Shown: positions 27,145 through 41,241 of the stretch, piece by piece
How positions within the stretch are numbered: the first letter of the stretch is position 1
Layout of the letters: each line of letters opens with the position of its first letter
Source of the DNA: Octopus vulgaris
Taxonomy: Eukaryota
Assembly: GCA_951406725.2 (NCBI GenBank)
Contig: OX597816.1
Coordinates: forward strand, 81,344,001-81,408,000
DNA: 64,000 bases
Direction: 5' to 3'
Notes under the pieces: model-generated
The model's input: the letters and a program-made list of their open reading frames with translations, nothing else
Databases searched by the model: none
Told to the model about the DNA's origin: nothing
Program-made: the position numbers and the translations under genes

Positions 27145-27356
27145 CCAACAAACGTCTTGTATCGTAACCATAAGTCAAACAAAATCTTGTATCGTAACCA
27201 TAAGTCAAACAAAATCTTGTGTGCAAATTATGGAAGAACAAAAATGCTGTGCACATCCAACTTAACACCACCACAAGACATATTTAGCGACGTACACACT
27301 GCTGCTAGCATGGACACCGATATGAGAATAACTACCTCCCAACAGTCTCAGGAAAA

Positions 27357-27574
27357 GTGGAGGCGTGTGGCTTAGTGGTTAGGGTGTTGGACTCATGGTC
27401 GTAAGATAGGGGTTTCGATTCCTGGACGAGAAAACTTCGTTTCACGTTGCTTCAGTTCACTCAGCTGGCAAAAGTGAGTAATCTGGCGTCCCATCCAGTG
27501 GGGGGGGGGGATATAAACACCACAAAAACCTGAAAACCCACCTTATGACTTTATATGATTCCGAGAGGAGCTTT
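27357..27574 (+). mobile_element. tRNA-headed SINE related to family 1, with TSD
   Basis: GTGGAGGCGTGTGGCTTAGTGGTTAGGG..GGTTTCGATTCC; AACAGTCTC at 27341-49 and 27575-83. Confidence 0.75.
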
Positions 27575-28694
27575 AACAGTCTCGGAGGTCCTGAAATTCT
27601 TCCTTTGGCTCACTATAAAAGTTGTGAAGTTTCTAAATTGCCGCGTTATCAACTGCAGCCAACAGCCAGTGAAAAGTTCTTAAAATTTCTTACGATATCA
27701 GAAAAATATTAAAATATTATATTACAGACATGCATCTTTTTTTTTTTTTTTTGACAACCCAGAAATGATGAATGACTTTGTTAACTCAAACGCTATTTGG
27801 ACCTGCAATTTAAAGAGATGGCAGGAAATTTTGCCAGTAAGATATTCGTTCAGACTTTTTGTAGCTTCTACCGAGTCACCATCCTTTTAATATGGAGATA
27901 TATACACTTCAAAGTGGTCACTTGAACTTCCTTAAATCGCAACCAAACACGACTCAAAACCATACTATTGTCTGAAACAAAGCAGGACAGGTTGGATGAT
28001 GTAGTACTAAATACACTATAGCTGTAAAATGAAGTGATAGTCACGCTTAGAATGTCTTTGATCATAAGTCATCATATTAAGAGTAGGCCAGGGGCTAAAA
28101 CAATAGCAATTATTTTCTATTTAGTATTTTAAAAGAATATTAAGGAATTCGACTAATGTTATTTTATAGATTCCATTTTGTGTGACAGTGCACGCGCGTG
28201 TGTGCGTATATATATGTATGTATGTGTGTTTGTGAGTGTGAGTGAATGTGTGGTTGAAGGAGAAAGAGAAAGTATGTGTGTGTGTAAGTGTGTATTTGAG
28301 TGAGAAAGAGAGAGAGAGGGAGAGAGAGAGTGTGTGTGTGTGTGTGTGTGCGTGCGCGTGTGTGTGTGTGTGTGAATCTGTTCATTGCGTGTGAGCCGTA
28401 TACCTGAGTCTGTATGTGTATATATGTGGGGAGGGTGTGAAGCTGTTATTTTTGTTTTTACTTTCGAATAAGTGCGTGGAAAGAAAATGTGAAAGAGGTA
28501 TTAAGAGTATTTTGACCGTGACTTGTGAACTGATGTGTGGCAAAATTCGTTGAGAGCGATATCAAATCCGAAGAATTTGGATGGTAATGGCACTTGTAAT
28601 TATACACATGCAGAAAGGTGGTTCCAGAAAGTTCTAGATAGCTTCATATACGTGTGTGTGTGTGCGTGTGTCCGTGTGTGTATGTGTGTATATA

Positions 28695-29734
28695 TCTCTA
28701 TATTATAAATCTGAAATGCGAAAAGTTTGTTTGTTTGTTTGTTTGTCTGGTTTTGGCATTGAGAACGGGTTAAAGGCCACTAGATCCCGTCAGATTGACT
28801 CCAAAATTTACAGGGACATGTAAAATGAGGTGAGGATGCGAGTGGGCATAGAAATCCCTATCTTAAAAGGTGTCGTTGCTAGGGCCAAAAACGCACTTTG
28901 ACAAGTCTACTCTCATTCTTTTATGTATCTGTCTTCCTCCGTCACTCACTCTTTCCTCCCTTCCCATCACTTTCTATATATAACGTCGTTTCACAGCGTC
29001 TAACTCCCCTTCACTTTCTCTTTATAACGTCGTCAAACAGCGTTCTATATCTCCCCCCTCCCCGCCTTCGACAGCGCTTTCACACACTCTCTCTCTCTCT
29101 CTCTCTCCCTCTCTCTACGTCTGTCTGCATTCATAAACAGAATTATCATCGCCACCACCACCACACAATCATGAGAACAAATATGAATCAGATATTTATT
29201 GGTTTAATTTATGTGTGTGTGTGTGTGTGTGTGTGTTCTATATATAAATATGTATATATAATGTTTATATACAAAGTGTATATAGCTGTATTTATGTATA
29301 TTAAACTTTTTAATACTTTTTGATAGTTATATATATATATATTTCTTTTATTATAAATATAAATTAATAATTTTAATTTTAAATTTAAATAATTAAATTT
29401 TTTTAATTTTATATATTATATATTTTGTGTATTATATTTTAATTTTTATGTTTTAGTTTATATTTTTCACGGTTTGATTTGCCTAATAGTGGTTTTATCT
29501 CTAATTTAATTTATATATATATATATATATATATATATCGGAAACATAACGATGTAAGAAATTTGAAAAGTTGAACGCGAAACCAGTCATTTCTTCAAAA
29601 ACTATGTCATTGTATGAAAAAAATTTATAACATTCTTCTGACTCAAATATATATTTTTTAACCTTTTAAAACAAGCCTTCTGTAGTTTTTTCACTTTTTA
29701 CTATTTTCTATATATTCAATCACGTGCTTTCTCA

Positions 29735-29808
<74 letters not shown>

Positions 29809-29814
29809 CCAACT

Positions 29815-29864
<50 letters not shown>

Positions 29865-31077
29865 TTATTTATTTATATATAATTTGTATACATTTGTATA
29901 TATAATGCGTACACACACACATATATATATATATAATGCGTATATATATATAATGTGTGCATTATGTGGTCGGTTGGCGAGTTTGCATGGCAACTATTTT
30001 TTTCCTCAAATGAAAGGCGTGACCTTTAGAACAAAATTCCTCATCTTATAAAATGCGACCCGAGTAGATCCGAATGAAATCGGGTTATACTAACCAAAAT
30101 GTGAAAAGGGGTCTAAATGGGGCTTGAAGGAGATTTAAATTTACAGGAGCGGGTGTTTAGGAATTCTCTGTTACATCAAGCTAAAAAATTTGCGCCAGCC
30201 TTTTAATCGTTAATGTGTTGCCGTCCATGATGAAGAAGTTTTGAATGCTTGCCATGGTGAGTCTACTGTCGTGAGAAAGAATCACTTCAAAGCTTGGTGT
30301 TTAGGAATTTTCTTTTACATCAAGTTCAAAATTTTACGCCAGCCGTTAAACTGCCACTATGTTACTGTCCGTCGTTAAGAAATGCCAGCCATGGTGACTC
30401 TACTATCCCCAGATTCTATCCCTTCAAACTTTGGTTTCCAATATTTTATTATTTTTATTCAGCTTGCATGTTCGTCTGTCCCTTTTAAATGTTAGTGTTT
30501 CGCTTTCTGCCTTGAAGCAGACCTTTCCGTTGATCTTTTAAACTACTTTCTTTCTCAACTTACTCAACATCTTTTGTTGTTTATAAATGGGAGAGATAGA
30601 GAAAGACAGAGAGTAAGAGAAAGCGAGGGAGAGTCCGAGAGAAAGGAAGAGTAAGAGAGTGGGAAAGGGAGAGAAAAAGGAGAGAGAAACAAAGAGGGAG
30701 AATCATCATCATCGTTTAACGTCCGTTTTCCGTGCTAGCACGGGTTGGACAGTTTGACCGGGGTCTGGGAAGCCAGGAGGATGCACCAGGTTCCAGTCTG
30801 ATCTGGCAGTGTTTCTACAGGTGGATGCCCTTCCTAACGCCAACCACTCTGTGAGTGTAGTGGGTGCTTTTTTCGTGCCGCCGGCACAGGTGCCAGGGGG
30901 GGGGCTGGCAGCGGCCACGATCGGTTGGTGCTTTTTACGTGCCACCGGCACAGAAGCCAGTCAAGGCGGCGCTGCAATCGGCCACGTTCGGGTGGTGCTT
31001 TTTACGTGCTGAAAGGAAGCAACAGAAAGTAACAACCACACACTTACCCGCGCGTAGAGCGGGTCACCTTAAGCTAG
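28695..31077 (+). mobile_element. Non-autonomous Helitron (element A)
   Basis: 5' A|TCTCTATATTATAAATCTGAAATGCG; 3' hairpin ACCCGC-gcgtaga-GCGGGT then CTAG|T (31074-77); several blocks homologous to the Rep/Hel-bearing element at 45.2-49.4 kb. Confidence 0.85.
30703..31010 (-). mobile_element. RTE-tailed retroposon fragment nested in Helitron A
   Basis: Minus strand contains GGTTGGCGTTAGGAAGGGCATCC and ends GGACGTTAAACGATGATGATGA; three internal GGTGCTTTT-ACGTGC repeats. Confidence 0.6.
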
Positions 31078-31080
31078 TAT

Positions 31081-31179
<99 letters not shown>

Positions 31180-31188
31180 CAGATAAAC

Positions 31189-31249
<61 letters not shown>

Positions 31250-31278
31250 CACACACACACACATACACACACACACAT

Positions 31279-31414
<136 letters not shown>

Positions 31415-31516
31415 GAGCATAAGATCGTTAATTTAATTATCGATCGTTAATTTAATTATCGATCTTATCAAGTGGCCAACATGGGAATAAAAACCTTCAA
31501 AGGTAATAATTATTAT

Positions 31517-31670
31517 TAAAATTATGATTTAGGGTATCCAAGAGATACCTCCATGCTGAAAATAGCAGCCAAAACTTGACTCTAAGACCACATTAAATTT
31601 TATGTGGTTTCAGAGTAAAGTTTTGGCTGCTTATTCCAGCGTGGAGTTGATACCCTAAATTATAATTTTA
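31517..31670. repeat. ~150-bp imperfect hairpin/palindrome
   Basis: TAAAATTATGATTTAGGGTATC..CTCCATGCTG..GCAGCCAAAACTT..ACCACAT / ATGTGGT..AAGTTTTGGCTGC..CAGCGTGGAG..GATACCCTAAATTATAATTTTA. Confidence 0.85.
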
Positions 31671-31707
31671 TATATATATACACACACATACACATATACA
31701 CATACAC

Positions 31708-31760
<53 letters not shown>

Positions 31761-33159
31761 CAGTGCGGATGACAGGCAAGCAGAGAGAAAAGATAGATAG
31801 GTAAGTAGCTGCACTTAGGTATTCATGAATAAAAAAAGGTATGTAAGATAGATGGAATTTTATAGTGATATGAATTTATTCATATATACTGTTTCACTAC
31901 GAGCACCCAATCTATTACAATCTTAAAAATGAACATAAATCCAGAATATTTATAGCAGAAATTTCAGATAAATTTGGTATCTCTTAAGCATTGAACTAAC
32001 AGATCAAAATTTTGCACAAAAACATTTGATACAAAGAACACATAGGGTAAATCCTTTGACATATTCGTCACTGTACTTAAGGCAGCCTTACTTAGCCAAA
32101 AATACTACCACCAACAGCCATGGATGACAAAAAGCGATCATATTTTTCTATATATAGATGTAAGCCTCTTAAGATAAGTGTGCTAACATAGTCAACATTT
32201 ATTTTCAGGAACTCAAATTTAAAAGAAGAGAAATTTCAGTGACAAGATTGTTGAACGCCAGGCTTAATACCTTCTGGTATTTAGTTTCGGCTCTGTTCGT
32301 TTTGAGTTCAAAATCCTTCAAGGGGTGACTTCCTCTTCCTTTAAGCTGAATTTTATCAAATAAATATTCATATCTCTTTGTCAATGGTAAAAATCAATAT
32401 ATTTATCGAAAGCACAAGATTAATCACACAAACATATTGTATTGCTTAAAATAGATAGGTATCAACAAATAAAACAAAACTGGAACGCTATATATTGGAG
32501 TTCTAAATAGAAAAACGTATTCTTCAACACCTTTGCAACCATAGAAGAAATAGTCATCGGTTAAAAAGATTTCATAATATCCATAGCATTTTAAACAACA
32601 CTTTAAAAGCTATGCATAATATAATTCATTCTGATTTTGGCGCTAGGCCAGCAATTTTAGAAGAGTGGATAAGTCGAGTTCATCGATCGAGAAAGAGTGA
32701 AGATGTTAACTACAAATAACAAACATCTAATTCTGAGCTGAAAGAAAATCATCCAGATGATAGCTCAACTTTCGTTTTTACAAGATGCCTTACATACAGA
32801 GAACTTAAAATATCTATAAATAATTTATAAAATGGAAAAGCAGTACGTCTTAAACATCTCCATGTAAGAGCTAAATCAATTTAACAAGTCTGTAACAACT
32901 AAACTAACTCCCTCACAAATAAAATAATAAGGTGTGGTGGGAATGGAAGGCAATCGCTCTTTTCAAACTAGTGAAGGGTCTACAACAATCGAAAATTTTC
33001 TCTTTTGTTACACAAGCTTTGTGGTTGTTTAATTTCAAGCAAGATCCCTGTTACTAAACCAGATTCTATCTGAAAAAATAACTGATTTTTTTTTTATTTC
33101 AGCATATATTGAAGATGGATTTCTGCAAAAATAAAAATTACGGAAAGTTTGGGGGTTTT

Positions 33160-33520
33160 TTCATCTTATTATCGCTCTCGATAGACTTAAACACCACTTA
33201 ATATATAATTTAACACATGACATGATCTCACACGGCTCATTAGTGGAATAATAGGAAACGGACGCTTCTTTGTGATACTAAATAGTATGAAGAGTCGTAC
33301 TGGAAAATTAGGAAACTATCTTACCTTAGTTTAGGATACTGGCTCTATTGTTCTACATCTGTACAGATGATCAATTGAAATATATCATGTCTTAACTAAA
33401 TGGATGATTTGTGTAGTGTGCCAAAGAGGAAATTTTCAGCACGGTCAAAACAATCCTGAGTGTTACTTTAAATAATCTAAGCTCTTCTTATAAAGACAAC
33501 CATTTAAATTGATCGTATAG
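33160..33520 (+). pseudogene. Heavily decayed non-LTR RT fragment
   Basis: Remnants resembling IDLT.AYD..NH, RRFFV.LN..KSR and LA..F.I.TDDQ. Confidence 0.4.
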
Positions 33521-34940
33521 TCAAAAACAAAGGTGAAATACTGCCAGAATCCGAAATATTTTGATGTGCTACTAGACGACTGTAGTTGAACTTACAGGGA
33601 ACAGTTAATCTAAGGACCAAAGGGAGCACCCTCAGAATAATACACATAAAATGATAACTTTCCAGATGGAATATAAATCCTCAAACATTCAGAATAACAA
33701 CAACCAACTCAGTCGTTTATTTGAACTGGACCTTCCTACATACAAGATACCGTTTTTAATGAGACAGCTTCACAAACATTGATACTTTATCTAGCAACAC
33801 CATTCATGGTATTAGAAATCAGAATGAATCCATCCAATTACCAGCTTTTCAGAAAAAAAATGGAACAAATTACGTCCAATCTGTAAGTTTCTAAGTATGG
33901 TTACCTATACCCAATCAATATGTTTTCAGGAAAGGAGATTCAAAAATCAACCTTACGCGAGCTATTCTGTAGATTATGAGTGCATTGTTTACAAGTAATA
34001 TCAATATTTAATTTTCTTGTTTGTGGGGAAATACTCTTTGTTAAAAGTGGAATGTGAACCGGCAAGAAAATGTACATGTCTGATTAATATAACAGTTGGA
34101 GTTGTGAAGTTTACGACTTAGATGTTTGCCATTGAATTTATAAATTACATGTTATTAGTAGCGTGTTTGTGACTTTACATGGCTTTATGAATTTTCTTTT
34201 TTTTAATTTTAATGTTGTCGTAGTGTAACATTCATGATAGTAAAAGGTTTGGTATAATGTATGCTGTGTTGATTATGATTATTCTATAATTTTCATTTAA
34301 TCCTTGTAATACACTTTACGCATGGTTATGGAGATGAGAAATGTATAGAGTTATACGTGTGTATTCACCATTAAGACTGAAAAGACAACCAATATATTTA
34401 GAAATGTGAACGCAGAATGGTAAGAATTGCGGACGAAATACACATATGAATAATTCTCTCAAGCACACATTCGTGCGCAAAATACCACAAACACACACAC
34501 ACACACACACACACACATACTGATAAGCACGCACATGTACATTGCTGTACACGTATATGTAAAGAGGTGTGTAGTTGTATAGAAATAAATAATGCCATTA
34601 ACGATTCATTGCAACTCCCCAAATTCTTCTTGCCCTCTCTGTATCTCGCCTGACGTTTTAATTTCCACGGCTATATAATCAGAAGATCACGCATATTAAT
34701 TTTTTTTCAAATATACACATATATTGCTTTCACATAAATAATTTTTTAATGTTTTTATACCGTTATATTTTCATTGATCCCGAACGATTCTCTCTATTTA
34801 CCAATTTCAGCGCTATTTTTCTGCCACCTACATTTTTTTTCTTTTATTCTTGTACATCTATTGGCATCATCTATTTCTATGCATCAATATGCTCCATTAT
34901 ACATATTTGAACACTGTGTGTGTATACGTGCGTGTCAGAA

Positions 34941-34996
<56 letters not shown>

Positions 34997-35000
<4 letters not shown>

Positions 35001-35256
35001 GTGGTTAGACGAAATAACGGAAACACCTTAAAATTTCAAACAAAATTATTTTAATATGGGGTAGGACCGCCTTTGGCAGTAATTACAGCTTGAATTCTAC
35101 GAAGGAAGTAGAGACTCGTACAAAGTTTGAATTGTTTCCAAAAGAATTTTTGCCCATTCTTCAGCTAAAACAGTCTCCAGTTCTTGTAGTGATGATGGTG
35201 GAGGATATCGACTCTTGTTTTTCTAAAATGCACCAAAAATGTTCAATAATATTGAG
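34997..35256 (-). mobile_element. 3' end of a Tc1 element (transposase C-terminus plus probable TIR)
   Basis: Minus strand: LNIIEHFWCILEKQ..SRYPPPSSLQELETVLAEEWAKI..RRIQAVITAKGGPTPY*; the terminus abuts a (TA)n run. Confidence 0.8.
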
Positions 35257-35509
35257 TAAGTTATTTTCGTAATATTTTCCCATTATGCACCGGTTTGGGT
35301 ATTTATACCCCCCGAAAACCCCTAAAATCTCAACAATCACTTGTCCGATTTACGAGAAACTTGTTTTATTCCGTTCGTATTCACATTTCAGAACTTATTT
35401 CTTAGTATTTTCCCATTATGTGCCAGTCTGGCTGGGTAACATTGCAAGCAAGCAAGATTCAAGCTCACTTTTAATGCATGTGTGTGTGCGTGTGTGTGTG
35501 TGTGTAAGT

Positions 35510-35559
<50 letters not shown>

Positions 35560-38500
35560 GGCAAGATAGCAACAACCTAAACAGAATCTTTCTTCAGCTG
35601 TCGACTGAAGATCAAGGTAATTTCAGGGCATTAACAAAAGAATTACTCACTTAATGCAGCGTGCCCAGACTGTCGTCTAGGACTGATCGACATACAAAAA
35701 CAATAAACGAAAATTAAGCGAAATATTAGCTCGTATGACAAAGACAAACAGAGCACAGAACTAAGTTATGCAGAATATTAGACAGTAAGGTACTGCGACC
35801 AGAATGTAAAAAAAAAAGGAAACGAACAAGTAACGAATGTGTAAAGACAGCCTTTGAACATAGAGACAGGTCGGAGAGCAAAGTGACCAGCAATAGATCT
35901 GAGATCAAAAAAAGGAACGAGGTTTGCAAGACAGTAGAATATGAATACTGGAAAGACAAAGGTATTATGGAAAGGTTAGGATCTATCAGTGAAAGAGAAA
36001 GAGAACAAACTTGAGTGAGAAGAAAAGCCTGGAGAATCTCTACGCGGTTATCATATATCAACTTGTTTTTTGATGTTACAGTGTCTCCAATCAACTATAA
36101 AATTTGTGCGTAGAACATACATATCAAAATATGAGCACAAAGACTTTTAGTCAAGAAATAATTGAGGTTATGTGCAGTAAACAAATTTAACATACCTACA
36201 GGAAAATAGCAAAAGTTCTATATGTTCATATAGTTCAATATGCAATGTTAATATAAGTTAGTGTTCATTAGAAAGTGGAGTATATGTGAGAAGACATCAT
36301 TCAAGTATTTGAATGGGTGTTGAGAAAACATGCCAAATTGTGTGTGTGATTGTGAGAGATTGTGAGTGGCGGTCTTAGAGACCACCATACTACAAGGTTG
36401 ATGGTGCGGCGGAAACAAATAACACTTAATAAAAGGAAAAATTGGTTCAAATGAGAATAGCTACAAATGAGAATAGCTTCTAAAGGTGCCAAAATTTAAG
36501 AAGGCACAACAGTTGTCTACTCACAATTGCCGGAAATGGTGTTAAGACAGAATCATGTAACATGCAAAGGAACTTGGCTTCTGAGGCCTTTCATTTTTAT
36601 GAATTTGATAGAAAGTTCATTTTCTTAGCTTAAAAATTATCATAAAATGTGGGAAACTAAACAAACTAATGATACATTCTTGAAATATTACAAAACAATA
36701 TTTAGAGTGACCATAAATGAAGATTAGTCTTCGATTTAGAATTGATGGCACCCTAAGTTGTATGTAACTTGGATACGCGTTCGCTCTTTAAAAATATTGC
36801 ACCAGAACATCTCACGAAAATTGAAAATACATACTTTTATTTATTCTGAGGTCCTTGCGGATTGCGAGCTTCTTAATTTATATCTACCCCCAAGAACTGA
36901 TAAGCATTAAGTTTATAGCAAGTGATGAGATAAACAAACGTGAATCATATAGAGAACACTTAAGGAATATCAAGGACAAATTTAGGTGGTAACAATATTA
37001 AATACGAAATGTTATTGAAAGAAAACATATTAATAGCATACAAATTGTGAATTAAGTGAAAGAAGTTCATTTCAAATCAAGAGTTGACTATTGATAGCAT
37101 AAAAATTAGCCATAAACAGTTACTGTGAAAAGTTTTGTATAGCTATATATCGATAGAAAAAAACTGTGAAACACGAAAATATTCAAGCAAGTTTCTATAC
37201 AATAATACGTAAAGAAACGGTCTTAGAAAACAAAATCAAAATTTAGGACACTAAATGTATAGAGTAAAAATTCAGTGAAAGAAAAGTAATCTAATTAGAA
37301 TAGATTGAATTGCCTATGTTGAATAATTAAAAGCTGATTAGAATATATGCATATATGTTTGCATAGAATTTGTGATTTTAAAGGTAAGGAATTGTGTATG
37401 TGTGTGTGAGAGTGTGAGTGTATAGGTTGATGTGTGTGTGTGTGTGCGTGTGTGTGTGTGTGTGTACATATGTATGCATGTATGTATGCATATATACATC
37501 GAAAACCATCAGTAAGAAGAACAAGTTATAGCTATATTCATCTATTGTTACACCAGCAGCCATTTATGTGAAACCTGGATGAAGAGAGCGAAGATCTCTC
37601 TATTGATGGGGAGAGAGAGAGAGGGAGGAAGAGGGTGAGAGAATGGTGTGCAGTGTGACCGGCTGATTTTGAAAAATTTCGATTCGTAACCAGGTTCGAT
37701 CCTATTGCGTGACATCTTGAGCAAATGTTCTTTTTAGACTTGGTTCGAGTTATACCTTGTAAATGGAATTGGGAAGGCAGAAATTGCCACCCGATTGGGT
37801 GTGATGTAGCTGTGCAGTATCTTACTGGAGATTTCGGTGTTTGAATTACCGCAGTATATAACATTGAGAGACAGTGTGGTAAGCTGTTGAAGCTTTACTG
37901 TGATAATGATGACCAAACATTAATGAAAAATAGCAAAACATTCCATTGAACAAAAAAGATTGAGGTCATGACCGTGTACTGGTTGAGTGGATTCAACAGC
38001 GAAGAATCGAAAGTATCCAACTGACTGATAGTCATTAAACAAGTGAGAAAATAACAGGAAGAAGTGAACATTGAAGGTGTGTGAATATTCAGAAGGTTGA
38101 CTGCAGAAATTTAAGAAGTATGATGGTGTAAAATGTCTGAAAACCTGTGGGAAATTACTGAAATACAACTTTAATACGAAATAACTTCGAAAATAAAAAC
38201 TTTTCTCAACAACGCTAAGAGTAAAAGATGTTCTATAGGACACAGTATACCAGTATTCGAAGTTTGAAAGTGTTTAGTTAAAGAAAATTAATTAATCGAG
38301 CTGCCCATGAAAAGGAAAAGGTCCAACCTGTTATAAAAAGGTTTCTGCAGATTATGATGCAGCTGAAAATTACATTGACGGATTTGTGAAGATGATATCT
38401 GATTAAAAAGTACACTAATAATTTTTTTGTCTATCGTATTTTATTTAACTGTTTATTACAATAAAAATAAGATATAATATTTAAAGCCTTTAATCTCACT

Positions 38501-39687
38501 CAGTGTGAATATTCTTGACACAAATGAACCATACTGTACAATACTTTCGCTAGGCCGTGTTTATATACTTTTGCTGAGCATTTGGTACATATGTGTCTTG
38601 CTTAATATGTATTTTTACATCCTCCTAAGCTTATCGGTGATATTTTTCTCATAATTATAGTAAGCTGGTTAAAATTTCCAAATGCCCTACTAGGCTAGGC
38701 TTGTCAATACACTGTTATGATTTCCTTATGAGCTCAAAGCTGTAGTTCAACCTACGATCGAGACACATACAAATCACAATCTTGTTTTCAAAAGCTGGGT
38801 CTCTACCTTGGCTATTTCTGAGCATTATGACTTATAATTGAAGAGATATCCTATGAATATACCGTACTACCATTTCCTAAATCCTGAACACACCGAATTC
38901 CATAACATACCTGGTTTCAAGAGCTTAAGATAAAAGTATGTGTACTTGTATTAGATTAACATTTAATTTTAGATCATATTTTATATTTTTGAACTAAAGT
39001 TTGTACTATCTATTGCGTTACACATCGTTCGCATATCGTTTCGTATTTTTAACTTCTAATTATTTAATATTAGCAATTTAGTCCATTATAATTAAATTAG
39101 TTGTATTTCAATGCACTTTAACACTGTAGATCTCTTTTTTTAGCAGCCTTTTTTTAAAAATATTTTCTAACCTTTCTCTACATATTGATCATTTTCAGCT
39201 GTAACCAGTTTTTGTCGTTGGTATTTAGCTATACACATTTATTCATAGTAGTTGTTAATGCCTTTTTTATAGAGTCAAATATTTATTTGAAGCGTACTAC
39301 TTTCACACTTTAATATACATTTTGTATTCTTTTAATATATTTTCTTTCAAGAATATTTCATATCTATATGTTGTCAGCACCTAAGTTAGACCTTGATATT
39401 TCTAAAGCACAGTCAATAATTCAAATTTTTTTTTACGTTATAGATTATAATTGCTTTTATAGATAGATTCAAAGCTTATCTGTGATCTCCATAAGCGTTG
39501 TTTTAAATAGATCATAATTAGCCACGTGCGTAACAGTTTAAAAATATCTGATCATACAATCTAACTTAAATGCTGTAACAATAGAATCGAATAGACGTTA
39601 ATCATTTCAGGGTTTGTTTTTAGACTACTTTTGTGAGCTTTTGCTTTCTTTTCTTCTTTCCTTCGTTTTTTTTTTCTTCGAATCTAT

Positions 39688-40232
39688 CAGTGTTTCTCAA
39701 CCATTTTTTGCTTGTCGACCCCTTTGGTTCTTGTTTTACTCGAATGGATCCTCCAAGCCATTTGGTGTTTAAAATATCATGCTACATTTTGATAATTAAA
39801 TATTATTGGGAATTGTATAGAAAAACATTGTTAAAATAGGAGAGTATTGTAGTTCGCTTGAAGCATTGTGTATTGTTTGTAAAGAATAGAAAGTTTTGAA
39901 TGGTACAACAATGCACTATAATACAGACAATGGGCTATATTACCAGTTGTAATTTAGTCATCCATAGTCTGATATGATATTTCGGAATAATATTCCTTCT
40001 TCAAATATTATTAGATGGAGTCGCTGCTATAATCGGTTTTCTAACGGCTTTTCTGTTTTATTTTTTGGAAGCGTCTCAGCAGTGGTCTCACGATGCTCCT
40101 TCCGGAATTCCTCATGAGAAGTGTGTGAGCTCGGCCCTGTCTCAATCTCGTGTGTGCTGGTACATCCGCAGCGCTGCTTCTAAGTTATGTATTATACGTG
40201 CAGCTTCCTTTTTTTCTCATCTGTTTTTCTCT

Positions 40233-40263
<31 letters not shown>

Positions 40264-41241
40264 TTTTTTTTGTTATAAACTGCAGATGAACATATTATCA
40301 AAAATGAACCTACACGCATCCAGATGTATCTAAATAATGTATTGATTACCAACCTCCAGCATGTTGTTAATTTGGGGCCCTAGTCTGTGTATGAGTATAG
40401 CTTCCTTAATTCTTAAATTACCCAAATTTCTTTCATTGGCCTCAGTTGTGACCGTTATGCTTTTGTCGGTGTTCCGACATCTGTCTAGATGTTTTCTGAA
40501 GGAGAAGGCGCTCATGTTCAGATATTCTTCGATGCGAATGTGTAATGGTCTTGTTGTGTTACCCACATAGAGCTTGTTGCATTTGTTACGTTGTATTCTA
40601 TACTCAACATTTAGCTGTTGGCATAAATCTGTGTCACTGATGGGACAGTTTGTCAGTGTACATTGATTGTTGTCCCTTGTTGGTTTCTTAGTGAGGTGTC
40701 CTCTCAGAGAAGGGCCGGAGTGGGCTAGTTGTATGTCTAGCCCTTCTCTTCTTTTGGCTCTTCGGATGGATGTAGTTATCCTCTCACTAAAATGGGGTAT
40801 TTTAAGGAAGCATGTGTTGCTGAGTTTTCTATGTGTTCGGCGTGTTGGTCGTCTTGGGTACTTAATCCGATTTACAATGGATCTAGGGTACCTGTTTGTT
40901 TTCAATATATCTAGGAAGCGTGTAGAGTGGGTTACCTTGTCCTCCGCTCTGCTGCACTTACCCTGGATGCGTGCAAGTTCATTTCTGGAGTATCCTATTT
41001 TGGCATCGAGTTGAAGTGCTGAATTGTGTGTAGTTCTTCTCTTCTATTGGCTCTTCGGATGGACGTAGTTATCCTCTCGCTAAAATGAGGTATTTTAAGG
41101 AAGCATGTGTTGCTGGGTTTTCTATGTGTTAAAATATTTTGTGTATTGTAGAAGTATAGCCAATTTATTGCAGAAAAATTTTAACAACATAATTTTATGA
41201 GGATCACCAGGGGCTATATGGACCCTAGTTAAGAAACACCG
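39688..41241. mobile_element. hAT-type MITE split by a Penelope-like insertion
   Basis: TIR CAGTGTTTCTCAACC / AGTTAAGAAACACCG; degenerate 8-bp flanks GAATCTAT / GATTATAT. Confidence 0.6.
40330..41020 (-). pseudogene. Penelope-like element ORF 3' part: thumb region + GIY-YIG endonuclease
   Basis: FLKIPHFSE, CTLTNCPI, NVEYRIQRNKCNKLYVGNTTRPLHIRIEEY (VY.I.C..C...YVG.T.R.L..R..EH), LRIKEAILI...PQIN. 5'-truncated. Confidence 0.85.

Noticed and set aside
27156-27220. 30-bp direct repeats as a CRISPR-like array
   Set aside because: Two adjacent units with no spacers in a eukaryotic context; a simple tandem duplication.
40085-40130. Hammerhead-like CTCATGAG..GGAA (minus) downstream of the GIY-YIG ORF
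   Set aside because: Both core boxes are mutated and there is no credible stem III or cleavage triplet.
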